Position numbers and translations under genes: made by a program | The notes under the pieces: generated by a model | What the model was told of the DNA's origin: nothing | The model's database searches: none | Seen by the model: only the letters and a program-made list of their open reading frames with translations | Assembly: GCA_963833985.1 (NCBI GenBank) | Contig: CAWIAD010000002.1 | Location: forward strand, 832,001-896,000 | Direction: 5' to 3' | From: an uncultured Planctomycetaceae bacterium | Lineage (GTDB): Bacteria; Planctomycetota; Planctomycetia; Isosphaerales; Isosphaeraceae | DNA length: 64,000 bases | Shown: piece by piece, positions 9,230-18,247 of the stretch | How the letters are laid out: each line of letters opens with the position of its first letter | Numbering within the stretch: position 1 is the first letter of the stretch

Positions 9230-10597
9230 ATGGATCGACGTGACCTCTTACGGCTGGTCCCGACGGGAGCGGCCCTCGGTTGTGCAAGCCTCCTCGGAGG
9301 CCGCGGGATGGGTGCCCAGAAGGAAAGTCCGGAGCACAAGCCGGCACCGGCCGGGCTGCCTCCGCTCAAGATCACCGACGTCCGGACCATCCTCACCGCT
9401 CCCGACCGGATCCGGCTGGTGGTCGTCAAGGTGATGACGTCCGAGCCGGGACTTTACGGACTGGGCTGCGCCACCTTCACCCAGCGCGCGCTCGCGGTGC
9501 AGACAGCGGTGGAAAGGTATCTGAAGCCGTTCCTGATTGGCCGCAATGCCGATGAGATCGAGGACGTCTGGCAATCTTCGTATGTCAGCTCGTACTGGCG
9601 CAACGGGCCCGTTCTGTTCAACGCCATGAGCGGCGTGGACATGGCGCTCTGGGACATCAAGGGCAAGCGCGCCGGTATGCCCGTTTATCAGTTGCTGGGA
9701 GGCAAGTGCCGTTTCGCCGCGGCCCTTTATGCGCACACCAGCGGACGAGACCCGCACGAGCTGGAGGATCGCGCACGGGCTGCCATGGAGAAGGGATACC
9801 GGCACATCCGGGTGCAGATGGCCATACCCGGCATGGCAACCTATGGCGCGGCGGGCCAGCGTGAGGTGGCACCTGGCTCGGGCTCGGCCGGTCCGGTCAG
9901 TCCCCGGTCCACCTGGGAGCCGGCACGTTACGTGCGTGAGATCCCGAGACTGTTCGAGTATCTTCGAACCAAGCTGGGCGAAGAGGTAGAGCTGCTGCAC
10001 GACGTTCATGAGCGCATCGCGCCCAGCCAGGCGATCAAGCTGTGCAAGGACCTTGAGCCCTACCGGCCGTTCTTTGTCGAGGACCCCCTTCCTCCCGAGG
10101 AGAACGATCATTTCCGCCTCTTGCGGCAGCAGTGCGCCACGCCCATCGCCATGGGTGAGCTGTTCAACACGCAGCACGAATATGTTCCTCTCATCTCCCA
10201 TCGCTTGATCGATTACATTCGCATTCATATCTCGCAGATCGGCGGGCTGAGCATGGCCCGCAAGGTGGCCGCGCTGGCGGAGTTCTTCGGCGTCAAGACG
10301 GCCTGGCACGGTCCTGGCGATGTCTCACCGATCGGCCATGCCGCCGGCCTGGCCCTCGAGCTGGCCACGTATAACTTTGGCATCCATGAAGGCGGCGTTT
10401 TTCCGCAACGGACGCGCGAGGTCTTTCCCGGCTGTCCGGAAACGAAGGATGGTTTCCTGTACGCGAATGAATCACCCGGCCTGGGGATTGACGTCAACGA
10501 GACGCTGGCCGCGAAGTATCCATTGCCGGAAAGCCCGACCTTCGATCATAGCTGGGGAACCACCCGCCGGCGCGATGGAACAGTCATCCGGCCGTGA
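9230..10597 (+). CDS. Enolase-superfamily sugar-acid dehydratase (RspA/mannonate dehydratase-like) with twin-Arg leader
   Basis: GLGCATFTQR, SSYWRNGP, DMALWDIKGK, LHDVHER, EDP, GELF, HGPGD motifs. N-terminus MDRRDLL. Confidence 0.9.
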   Translation: MDRRDLLRLVPTGAALGCASLLGGRGMGAQKESPEHKPAPAGLPPLKITDVRTILTAPDRIRLVVVKVMTSEPGLYGLGCATFTQRALAVQTAVERYLKPFLIGRNADEIEDVWQSSYVSSYWRNGPVLFNAMSGVDMALWDIKGKRAGMPVYQLLGGKCRFAAALYAHTSGRDPHELEDRARAAMEKGYRHIRVQMAIPGMATYGAAGQREVAPGSGSAGPVSPRSTWEPARYVREIPRLFEYLRTKLGEEVELLHDVHERIAPSQAIKLCKDLEPYRPFFVEDPLPPEENDHFRLLRQQCATPIAMGELFNTQHEYVPLISHRLIDYIRIHISQIGGLSMARKVAALAEFFGVKTAWHGPGDVSPIGHAAGLALELATYNFGIHEGGVFPQRTREVFPGCPETKDGFLYANESPGLGIDVNETLAAKYPLPESPTFDHSWGTTRRRDGTVIRP

Positions 10598-10613
10598 AGT
10601 GGCGAGTCACCCC

Positions 10614-12254
10614 ATGCCCTGGTCCCAGAACTACGACCCGCTTGGCTCCTGGCCGCTCTCCACGTTGATTGCGGCGCTGCCGGTGCTTTCACTCTTCTTC
10701 GTGCTGCTGGTGCTCAGGGCGCGCGTCTGGGTGGCGGCGCTGGCGGGCATGCTGCTGGCGATCCTGCTGGCACGCCTGGTCTTTGGCATGCCGTCGGAAA
10801 TGATCGCCGCCTCGTGTGCGCTGGGGGTTCAGTTCGGGTTCTTCCGCATCGCCTGGATCATCATCGCTTCGATCTTCCTGTACGAGATCGCGGTCGAGAC
10901 CGGGCAGTTCCAGGTGATGAAGGAGTCGGTCGCCTCGCTTTCCTCGGACAAGCGGCTCCAGCTTGTGCTGGTGGCGTTCTGCTTCGGCGCGTTCCTGGAA
11001 GGGACGGGCGGAGGCGGTGCTCCGGTAGCGATCGCCGGCTCGTTCCTGATCGGGCTGGGGTTCGACCCGTTCCAGGCCGCAACGCTCTGCCTGGTGGCCA
11101 ACACGGCGCCCGTGGCCTGGGGAGGCGTGGGGAATCCGATCCGCGTGCTGGCGGGCGTGACCGGCTTGCCCGAAGCAAGCCTGAGCGCCATGACGGGCCG
11201 GATCTTGCCGCCCATCTCGGCCCTGCTTCCGTTCTGGCTGGTACGCAGCATGGTCGGCTGGCGCGAGACGTTCGCGGTCTGGCCGGCTCTGGCGGTGAGC
11301 GGCCTTTCCTTCGCCCTCACGCAGTTCTACTGGTCGAACTACCAGGAGTCGGGCCTGGTCGACGTCATCGCCGCGCTGGTCTCGCTGCTGGCCATGGTGG
11401 TGTTCCTGAAGGTCTGGCGTCCGGCAACCCTTGTGGGCCACGAACAGGCTGCTGGCGTGGGATTCTCCGAGGTGCCCGGTCACTCGGTGGCTGCCGTGCT
11501 GAAAGGCTGGTCGCCCTTCCTGCTGGCCTCGATCTTCATCTTCCTGGCCGCACAGCCGATGATCGCCCGCCATCTCACCTTCCGCGCGCTGCGATTGCCC
11601 ATGCCGGGGCTTCACCTGCGGGCGTTCAGGGTTCCTCCCGTCGTGGACGTGCCCACGCCCGAGGAGGCCATGGCCGATCTGAACTTGCTGTCGCTGCCGG
11701 GAACCGCCGTGTTCGCGGGAGGCGCGCTCGCGGCCCTCGGGCTGGGGATGTCGCCACTGCGGATTGTGTGGATCTTCGGACGGACGGTCGTCCGGATGGC
11801 GAGTTCGCTGCTGGCGATCAGCTTCATGGTCGGGCTGGCGTTCGTGACGCGGTATTCGGGCATGGACACGGTGCTGGGCCTGAGCCTGACACACACGGGG
11901 CTGGCGTTTCCCTTCTTCGGCACGCTGCTGGGCTGGCTCGGCGTGGCGCTCACCGGGACCGACGCCGGGTCGAACGCGCTCTTCGGCAACCTTCAGAGGG
12001 TCACCGCCGAACGGCTGGGGCTGCCGCCCGTCCTGATGGCGGCCGCGAACTCGAGCGGTGGCGTGATGGGCAAGATGATCGACGCACAGTCGATCGTCGT
12101 CGCCGGTGCAGCCACCCAGCAGGTCGGCCGCGAAGCACAGATCTTCCGCGCGGTGATCGTGCACAGCGTTGTTCTGGCCACGCTCGTAGGGCTGGTCGTG
12201 ATGGCCTATGCCTTCCTCATGCCGGGCTGGGTACCCGCCAGCCCACGCCCGTGA
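10614..12254 (+). CDS. lctP: L-lactate permease family transporter
   Basis: WSQNYDP start, FCFGAFLEG, ANTAPVAWG, LGWLGVALTGTD..SNALFG, NSSGGVMGKMIDAQSI. Confidence 0.92.
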   Translation: MPWSQNYDPLGSWPLSTLIAALPVLSLFFVLLVLRARVWVAALAGMLLAILLARLVFGMPSEMIAASCALGVQFGFFRIAWIIIASIFLYEIAVETGQFQVMKESVASLSSDKRLQLVLVAFCFGAFLEGTGGGGAPVAIAGSFLIGLGFDPFQAATLCLVANTAPVAWGGVGNPIRVLAGVTGLPEASLSAMTGRILPPISALLPFWLVRSMVGWRETFAVWPALAVSGLSFALTQFYWSNYQESGLVDVIAALVSLLAMVVFLKVWRPATLVGHEQAAGVGFSEVPGHSVAAVLKGWSPFLLASIFIFLAAQPMIARHLTFRALRLPMPGLHLRAFRVPPVVDVPTPEEAMADLNLLSLPGTAVFAGGALAALGLGMSPLRIVWIFGRTVVRMASSLLAISFMVGLAFVTRYSGMDTVLGLSLTHTGLAFPFFGTLLGWLGVALTGTDAGSNALFGNLQRVTAERLGLPPVLMAAANSSGGVMGKMIDAQSIVVAGAATQQVGREAQIFRAVIVHSVVLATLVGLVVMAYAFLMPGWVPASPRP

Positions 12255-12293
12255 ACCAGGCCCCGTGATGATTGCTCCGGCGCGGGGGACCGG

Positions 12294-15200
12294 TCACCGG
12301 GCCGTCCTCTGCGAGTCGAGCGAGAAGGGCTGCTGCGGGAACGCGAAGTCGTAGACCGCAAGCGGAACTCCGCGGTGCGACAGCAGGACCGGCGCGTCGG
12401 GATGTGAGACGATCCGGGCGAAGTCGCGAAAGCCCTGGGCAACCGCCAGGCGGAGGTTGTCCACGGCAAGGTCAAGCCCGAGACGCCGGACCTCCTCGGC
12501 ACGCGGGCTCAGCGGCACGCGGCCATAGCCGATCCTGCCGGCTTCCGTGGTCTCCTGTAGCGCCAGTGTGGCCAGTTCGCGCGCCGGCCAGGCCTGCCAG
12601 AAAGCGCGGCGCTGGCCTTCAACCCGATCTGCCTCGACTGGATCTCCCGAGCGGCGCAGCAGATCGGCCGTTTCCCAGAGGGCCTCTCCGAAGCTCTGGC
12701 GTATCTTCTCGCCGAACTGCGGGTTCGACACCAGGGGATTCAATACGGTCGCAGCCTGGCGTAGTAAAGGGAACGCATCGGTGAGCTGCCCTGCGTCGGC
12801 AGCGGCGCGGCCTGCGCCGAGGAGGGCCGCGCCGCGTTGCCTTTGCAGCTCCGGAGCGGTGGCATCGGGATCCACGGTCTCGACCAGGGCGACCACCTCG
12901 GCGTAATGCGGCCGGGCCACGTTCGCGAGACCGGCGCACCGCTCGACCGCGGCAAGCTGCTCGAGCATGTCGGCCAGCGTGCTGGCCAGTCTCTGATCGC
13001 GCGGGTGGGCTGCATAGATCTTGCGGGAGACTTCCACGCACTGGAGGTAGATGGGTAACCCCTCATCGACGCGGTTCAAATCCACATATTGCTCTCCCAG
13101 GTTCCACAGGACATTGGACACAAAGTTCTTGTAGAGGTCCGACTCGGGGGACGCGGCCACCGCCCGCTCTGCTTCTTCCCGGGCGTGCTGGAGCACTGGC
13201 AAGGCGTGCGCGTTGTCGCGATCCTCATCATAGAGGTAGCCCAGGATGTTCAGAGCCCGGCCCAGCTCTGCGCGGTAACGCGGCTGACTGGACAGCGTGG
13301 CAATGAGCCCGTTGAAGATGTCAATCGCCTTGCGGATCGCGGCATAGGCCTGGGCATTGCGGCCCAGCTCGTGACGGATCGGGGCGATCTCCGTCAGGCT
13401 GACTGCCACCTTCTCACGGAAGTCATTCACCGATGGGTTGGCATCGGCCAGAGATGTCCGATACTCCAGCGCCTGCTCGAACATCTCGAGCGCCTCGAGA
13501 TGGCTCCGGTTGTAGAGGATCGCCCCGATGTTGTAGCAGCTCAGAGCCATCGAGTTCAGCAGCACGGTGGGTTTACGTTCCGAGGGCTGGTCCGCGAGCA
13601 AGGACCGGCACGTCTCATGAAACTCCTGGAAGGTCCGCAGCGCGCCTGCGCTGTTGCCGAGCGCGTTCTGGGTGAAGCCCTGGGCACTGAGCGTATCGGC
13701 CAGCCGCTGGCGATAGAGGCTATCGGACGGTGACGTCGAGAGCAGGGACCTGAGAATGGTCTCGGACTCGGAAAGCGGTTCCAGCGCCCGATCGGGCTTG
13801 CCGCCCTCTCCCAGCGCGATGCCCAGCTCACGGTCGCAGTCAGCAAGGCTCAGGCGAATGGGCCCCGCCGCGGGCTTCTCGGCCAGCAGTTGCTTGAGAA
13901 TCTCGCGGCTTGCCCCAGCGCGGCATAGGCCGGCGGAAAGTTGCGGATTGCGGCATATTGCTCGCCATGAGCGACGAGCCCCTGTGCGAGGTGAGTGCGC
14001 AGCTCGGGATCCTTGGGCGCGCGATCGCAGAGCCTCTTGCCAGATGGTGATGGCGGCCTGGAAGGCACCGGCAGCCTCCTCGGGCGTGCCGATCTCGCGC
14101 ATGATCTGACCCACGCGGAACTGGGTCTCCGCAATCTGGCGGCGCAGCCTGGGGTCGCCGGTGCGCTGCCTGAGGAATTCACGATAGTAGGGGAGGGCTG
14201 TCTTGAGCAGCTCGCCGCGCAGCTTGCGGATATCGACGGAATCCTGCTCCTTGAGCAGGGTATCCTCGCTGACGCGGTTGAAATAGTCTTCGACGGCCTT
14301 CCTGGCCAGCTCGTAGTTCATCTCGGCCTGGGCCCGCGCCTCGATCTCGCGGCGGTGTCCGCGCTCCACGACGATCATGCCGATCGTCGCCGCCGTGGCG
14401 AGCCCCAGCAGGGCGGCAGCACCCGTGAAGGCCCACGTGCGGTGATGGCGGAGCCAGCGGCCAAAGCGCCGGGCAAGGCTTTCCGGGTACGCGGCCACCG
14501 GCTCGTCGGCCAGCCAGCGCTCGATATCCTCCGCGAGCGCACGGCTCGAGGAATAGCGATCCTCGGGCCGGGTGGCCATGGCCCTCAGGCAGATGGCCTC
14601 CAGGGAACGATCGATCGAGGGATTCAACAGCCGGGGCGGGCGGAACTGCCCTTGCTGCACCTTGCGTATCGTCTCGGCTGCGGTTCCCTCGAAGGGTGCC
14701 TGACCGGTCACCAGGCAGTAGAGCGTGGCACCCAGGCTGTAAACGTCGGAGCGCGGTCCCAGGTTTTGCAGGTCGCCGTAGGCCTGCTCAGGACTCATGT
14801 AGGCCGGGGTTCCCAGCGCGCTTCCCGGCAGCGTCTCTGTGCTGCCGCTGGAGAGGGACGGCTTCAGCAAGTGCTCCTCGCTGAGCTCGCTCACCTCGCT
14901 CTTACCCGTGGCCCGGGCCAGCCCCCAGTCCACGACCAGCGTTTCTCCATGCTTGCCGACGATGATGTTGCCTGGCTTGATATCGCGGTGCAGGACGCCC
15001 CGCGCATGGGCGTACTCGATGGCGTTGCAAACGTCGGTGAACCGGCGCAGCAGCTTCCGGAGTTCGAGCGAGCGGTTGCCGGGTGGAGCTGCTGTCCCCT
15101 CTCCCTGGCCCTTCGCCGCAGGAGTGGATGGAGAAGCCGGTTGTTCCTTCGTCGCGTGGAAGCGGTCGATGGCTTCCTTGAGGCTCTCGCCACGGATGAA

Positions 15201-15854
15201 CCTCATGGTGTAATAGGGGCGTCCATCGGCATACGTGCCCATACTGTAAACCGGAACGATCCCCGGGTGCTCCAGGCCCCCCGTCACCTCGGCCTCCAGC
15301 AGGAAGCGAGCCCGGCTGATGGGGTCGTCCGCGTGACGGTCGAGAATCTGCTTGAGAGCCACCTCGCGGTTCAGCTCACGGTCCTGGGCCACGAAGACAG
15401 CGCCCAGGCCACCCCGGGCGTGGGGATGGAGGATCTGGTATCGCTGGTCGTCGGGTCGCGGTGTGCCTGAAGCCGCACCGGTGGTAGTGCCCTTTCGGAA
15501 CACGGCCGGTTCCGTGAGATCCTCACAGGAATCCACCCGGTCCAGCGTGGCCTCGATCTCCGGGTCGTCGAGGCGAGTGAGGCTTGCCCATGTTGCCAGG
15601 TCTGCCGGAACGGAGACCAGGCTGCGCTCGAGGTTGCCGCCATGCGCCTCGACGTGAAGATCCACCAGGCGTTTGATGGCGGAGCGCCGGGGGGCGTCCA
15701 GGTAACCCAGCGATTGAAGATGGTCCGCCAGGCAGCGCGACTTGTCCTGAGACCAGGAGCGCAGCGCTGCCAGAAGCTGCTGCTGCTGGATCAGCCCGGT
15801 CTGGAGCGCAAGCAGGCCGAAGATGAGATTAGCATGGGTGGATGACTCGGGCAT
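12294..15854 (-). CDS. Hanks-type Ser/Thr protein kinase with TM segment and C-terminal TPR repeats
   Basis: HARGGLGAV, VALK, LEHPGIVPVY, HRDIKPGN, DWGLA, GTPAYMSPEQ, DVYSLG motifs. Probable compensating indels at ~14020 and ~13908. Confidence 0.93.
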   Translation of the reverse strand: MPESSTHANLIFGLLALQTGLIQQQQLLAALRSWSQDKSRCLADHLQSLGYLDAPRRSAIKRLVDLHVEAHGGNLERSLVSVPADLATWASLTRLDDPEIEATLDRVDSCEDLTEPAVFRKGTTTGAASGTPRPDDQRYQILHPHARGGLGAVFVAQDRELNREVALKQILDRHADDPISRARFLLEAEVTGGLEHPGIVPVYSMGTYADGRPYYTMRFIRGESLKEAIDRFHATKEQPASPSTPAAKGQGEGTAAPPGNRSLELRKLLRRFTDVCNAIEYAHARGVLHRDIKPGNIIVGKHGETLVVDWGLARATGKSEVSELSEEHLLKPSLSSGSTETLPGSALGTPAYMSPEQAYGDLQNLGPRSDVYSLGATLYCLVTGQAPFEGTAAETIRKVQQGQFRPPRLLNPSIDRSLEAICLRAMATRPEDRYSSSRALAEDIERWLADEPVAAYPESLARRFGRWLRHHRTWAFTGAAALLGLATAATIGMIVVERGHRREIEARAQAEMNYELARKAVEDYFNRVSEDTLLKEQDSVDIRKLRGELLKTALPYYREFLRQRTGDPRLRRQIAETQFRVGQIMREIGTPEEAAGAFQAAITIWQEALRSRAQGSRAAHSPRTGARRSWRAICRNPQLSAGLCRAGASREILKQLLAEKPAAGPIRLSLADCDRELGIALGEGGKPDRALEPLSESETILRSLLSTSPSDSLYRQRLADTLSAQGFTQNALGNSAGALRTFQEFHETCRSLLADQPSERKPTVLLNSMALSCYNIGAILYNRSHLEALEMFEQALEYRTSLADANPSVNDFREKVAVSLTEIAPIRHELGRNAQAYAAIRKAIDIFNGLIATLSSQPRYRAELGRALNILGYLYDEDRDNAHALPVLQHAREEAERAVAASPESDLYKNFVSNVLWNLGEQYVDLNRVDEGLPIYLQCVEVSRKIYAAHPRDQRLASTLADMLEQLAAVERCAGLANVARPHYAEVVALVETVDPDATAPELQRQRGAALLGAGRAAADAGQLTDAFPLLRQAATVLNPLVSNPQFGEKIRQSFGEALWETADLLRRSGDPVEADRVEGQRRAFWQAWPARELATLALQETTEAGRIGYGRVPLSPRAEEVRRLGLDLAVDNLRLAVAQGFRDFARIVSHPDAPVLLSHRGVPLAVYDFAFPQQPFSLDSQRTAR

Positions 15855-16098
15855 GCGTCGGGAAATCCCCTGGTGCGTGCAGGTCCAAGGTCAATGGCCC
15901 GGGCACAAGCCGAAGGCTTGCAAGCGGAAGGTCGGCCACCCGCGATGCGGGATTGCAGCCTGTTCATGTGCCGTTCAGCCATGTTACCACGTCAGCTTCA
16001 AGCCGCGCACGCGGCCCTGGAGTATGCCGATGGACCTGGATGGACTTTTGCTGCCCCGGACGCGCCGCCCTGACCCCTGAGGCGAGCGAGAATTTCGC

Positions 16099-16127
16099 TT
16101 GACCGCGGCGGTCGAAGTGGCCATACT
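16099..16127 (+). promoter_or_regulatory. Sigma-70-type promoter upstream of the polysaccharide operon
   Basis: TTGACC-N17-CATACT. Confidence 0.6.
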
Positions 16128-16475
16128 CCCCCAACCCGGATGCTCTGCCGCGAGAGGGATTCTCGAGGCCGGGCCGCACCCGCACGAGTCAAGGAAGACG
16201 AGGCTTACCGTGGTCTGCTGCATCCTGTTTCTGGGCAACGCCTCCTCGGGCTGCTCACGCTCTCCTCGCCTGGTTCCCGCGGCTCCGCCCCTGCGACGGT
16301 CACTCTGTAAGGCGAAGACCTGTCGCCTGGATGGCCCGCCTTCATTCCGGAGCATGGCCTCCGGCAAGAATCCTCTGCGGTTGGCCGCGCTCCACGAGCG
16401 GGGATTGCTCGCGGTCATGCGAGACCTCTGGAGCCGGTGGACCGCCACTCGTGGACACGGGGAGGATGCCGCTCC

Positions 16476-18221
16476 ATGGTGATCTCCAACGGCTACCTGA
16501 TGATCTTTGCGCTGGCGATGATGGGCTGCGTGCTGAGCACGCCCCTGGTCACGCAAATTGCCAACTGGGTGGGTGCCATCGACCGGCCCGACCAGTTTCG
16601 CCGCATCCACCGCGGAGCTGTTCCCCGGCTGGGTGGTCTGGGACTGGCCCTGGGAATCGCCGCGGGCACGGTCTTGCCGCACCTCTCCGGATCAACGCGG
16701 TTTGTCAGCTTGCTGCTGCCGGATCTGCACCACGAGTGGGCCATCCTCTGTGCCGCGCTGGTGATCTTGGTCGTCGGCTTCATCGACGACACGCGATCGA
16801 TCGGTCCCCGCGTCAAGCTGCTGGGGCAAGCCCTTGCCGTGCTGACCCTCTACCTGGGCGGAATCCGGATCCAGTCCATCGATCTGCTGGGAATGACGTT
16901 CGATCTCAGCCGGCCGGACATCGAGTTCGGCATCCTGGGAATGCACCTGGACCTGGCGCTGCCCAGCCTGGGCCTGACCATGCTCTGGTTCCTTGGTTGC
17001 ATGAATATCTGGAACCTGATCGACGGCATGGACGGGCTGGCCTCGGGTGTGGGGCTCCTGGTCAGCGGCACGCTCACCCTGGTGGCCATCCACAATGAGA
17101 ACACCTCGGTGGCCATCCTGGCCGTGGCACTGGCCGGCAGCCTGGCGGGTTTTCTGCTTTATAACTGGCACCCGGCCTGTATCTTCCTGGGAGACAGCGG
17201 AGCGCTTCTGATCGGTCTGTTGATCGGCGTGATCGGCGTACAGGGCTCGATGAAGGGGCCCTCGGCCATCTCGATCCTGTTTCCGATCCTGGCGATGGGC
17301 CTGCCCATCTCGGACACGGCGATGGCTATCTTCCGCCGCTGGGTGCGTAATCTGCCGTTGAGTGCGGCGGACCGCCGGCACGTGCATCACCTGTTGATCG
17401 GGCTGGGACTGGACCCGCGGCAAGCCGCGCTTTTGCTCTACAGTTTTTCGGGCTTCCTCTGCGGCGCTGTGCTGCTGGGCGTGGCGCTCCGCAGCGAGTT
17501 CCTGGCCCTGGTACTGGGCATCTCCGGCTGTCTGGCGTTCCTTGTCGTGGTGACCAGCCGGCGCGATGAGCTGACCAACCTGCGCGGAGATTTTCAGGCC
17601 CGCATGTCACGCGGCCGGCAGGAACGGCAGGCGGCCAAGCTGACGTGGGAGGGCATCCAGCGGATCGAGCTGTGCGACTCTGCCATGGCCGCATTCGAGA
17701 TCGTCGAGAAGACCGCGCGGCTGCTGGGGTGCGAGCTGTTACAGGTTTCCTGTGCGAGCGCCAGTTCGCCCATCAAGCCGTTTCTCCCCTGCGAGCAGCA
17801 AAACCCGGGTGAATCTCCAGCCGTCTTGACGGGTCCGGGCGCCCTGTTTCGATTCTCCGGTGGCGACGGCTGCTGGATCACGATCCGGGTTGAGCTGGGC
17901 CGCGAGCCCGAGCTGACCGCGGATATCATCTTCCGCTACCTCGAGCGGCTGGGGCAGGCTCTCGCCGGGCGTCTGGAGTGGCTTCAATCGGCTGAGGCCA
18001 CCGCGGAAGATGCTCGGGCGGCCGCGGATGAGGCTGATCCGGATCGATCGCGGATCCCCGTCCCATCATCGGAGCCGGGCGCGCTGCACGGGTTGACAGG
18101 CGCTGTTGCAAGAATGCTTGGCGTCCGGTTGCACCTGCAACGGGCGCATGGAAAGGTCCCCGCGCCGCGGCTTCCGGTTGTGAACCACGTGACGACGCCG
18201 ACGGGTCTTGTCCGGCGCTGA
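16476..18221 (+). CDS. MraY/WecA-family undecaprenyl-phosphate sugar-1-phosphate transferase with C-terminal extension
   Basis: D.P..RRIH...PRLGG, GFIDD, NLIDGMDGLA, IFLGDSG, DRRHVHH motifs. Confidence 0.92.
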   Translation: MVISNGYLMIFALAMMGCVLSTPLVTQIANWVGAIDRPDQFRRIHRGAVPRLGGLGLALGIAAGTVLPHLSGSTRFVSLLLPDLHHEWAILCAALVILVVGFIDDTRSIGPRVKLLGQALAVLTLYLGGIRIQSIDLLGMTFDLSRPDIEFGILGMHLDLALPSLGLTMLWFLGCMNIWNLIDGMDGLASGVGLLVSGTLTLVAIHNENTSVAILAVALAGSLAGFLLYNWHPACIFLGDSGALLIGLLIGVIGVQGSMKGPSAISILFPILAMGLPISDTAMAIFRRWVRNLPLSAADRRHVHHLLIGLGLDPRQAALLLYSFSGFLCGAVLLGVALRSEFLALVLGISGCLAFLVVVTSRRDELTNLRGDFQARMSRGRQERQAAKLTWEGIQRIELCDSAMAAFEIVEKTARLLGCELLQVSCASASSPIKPFLPCEQQNPGESPAVLTGPGALFRFSGGDGCWITIRVELGREPELTADIIFRYLERLGQALAGRLEWLQSAEATAEDARAAADEADPDRSRIPVPSSEPGALHGLTGAVARMLGVRLHLQRAHGKVPAPRLPVVNHVTTPTGLVRR

Positions 18222-18247
18222 GACCCCGATCTGTTCCGGAGGCACCC

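Noticed and set aside
16099..16482. 127-aa ORF before wecA
   Set aside because: Its TTG start is the -35 box, it has no RBS and the sequence is not protein-like.
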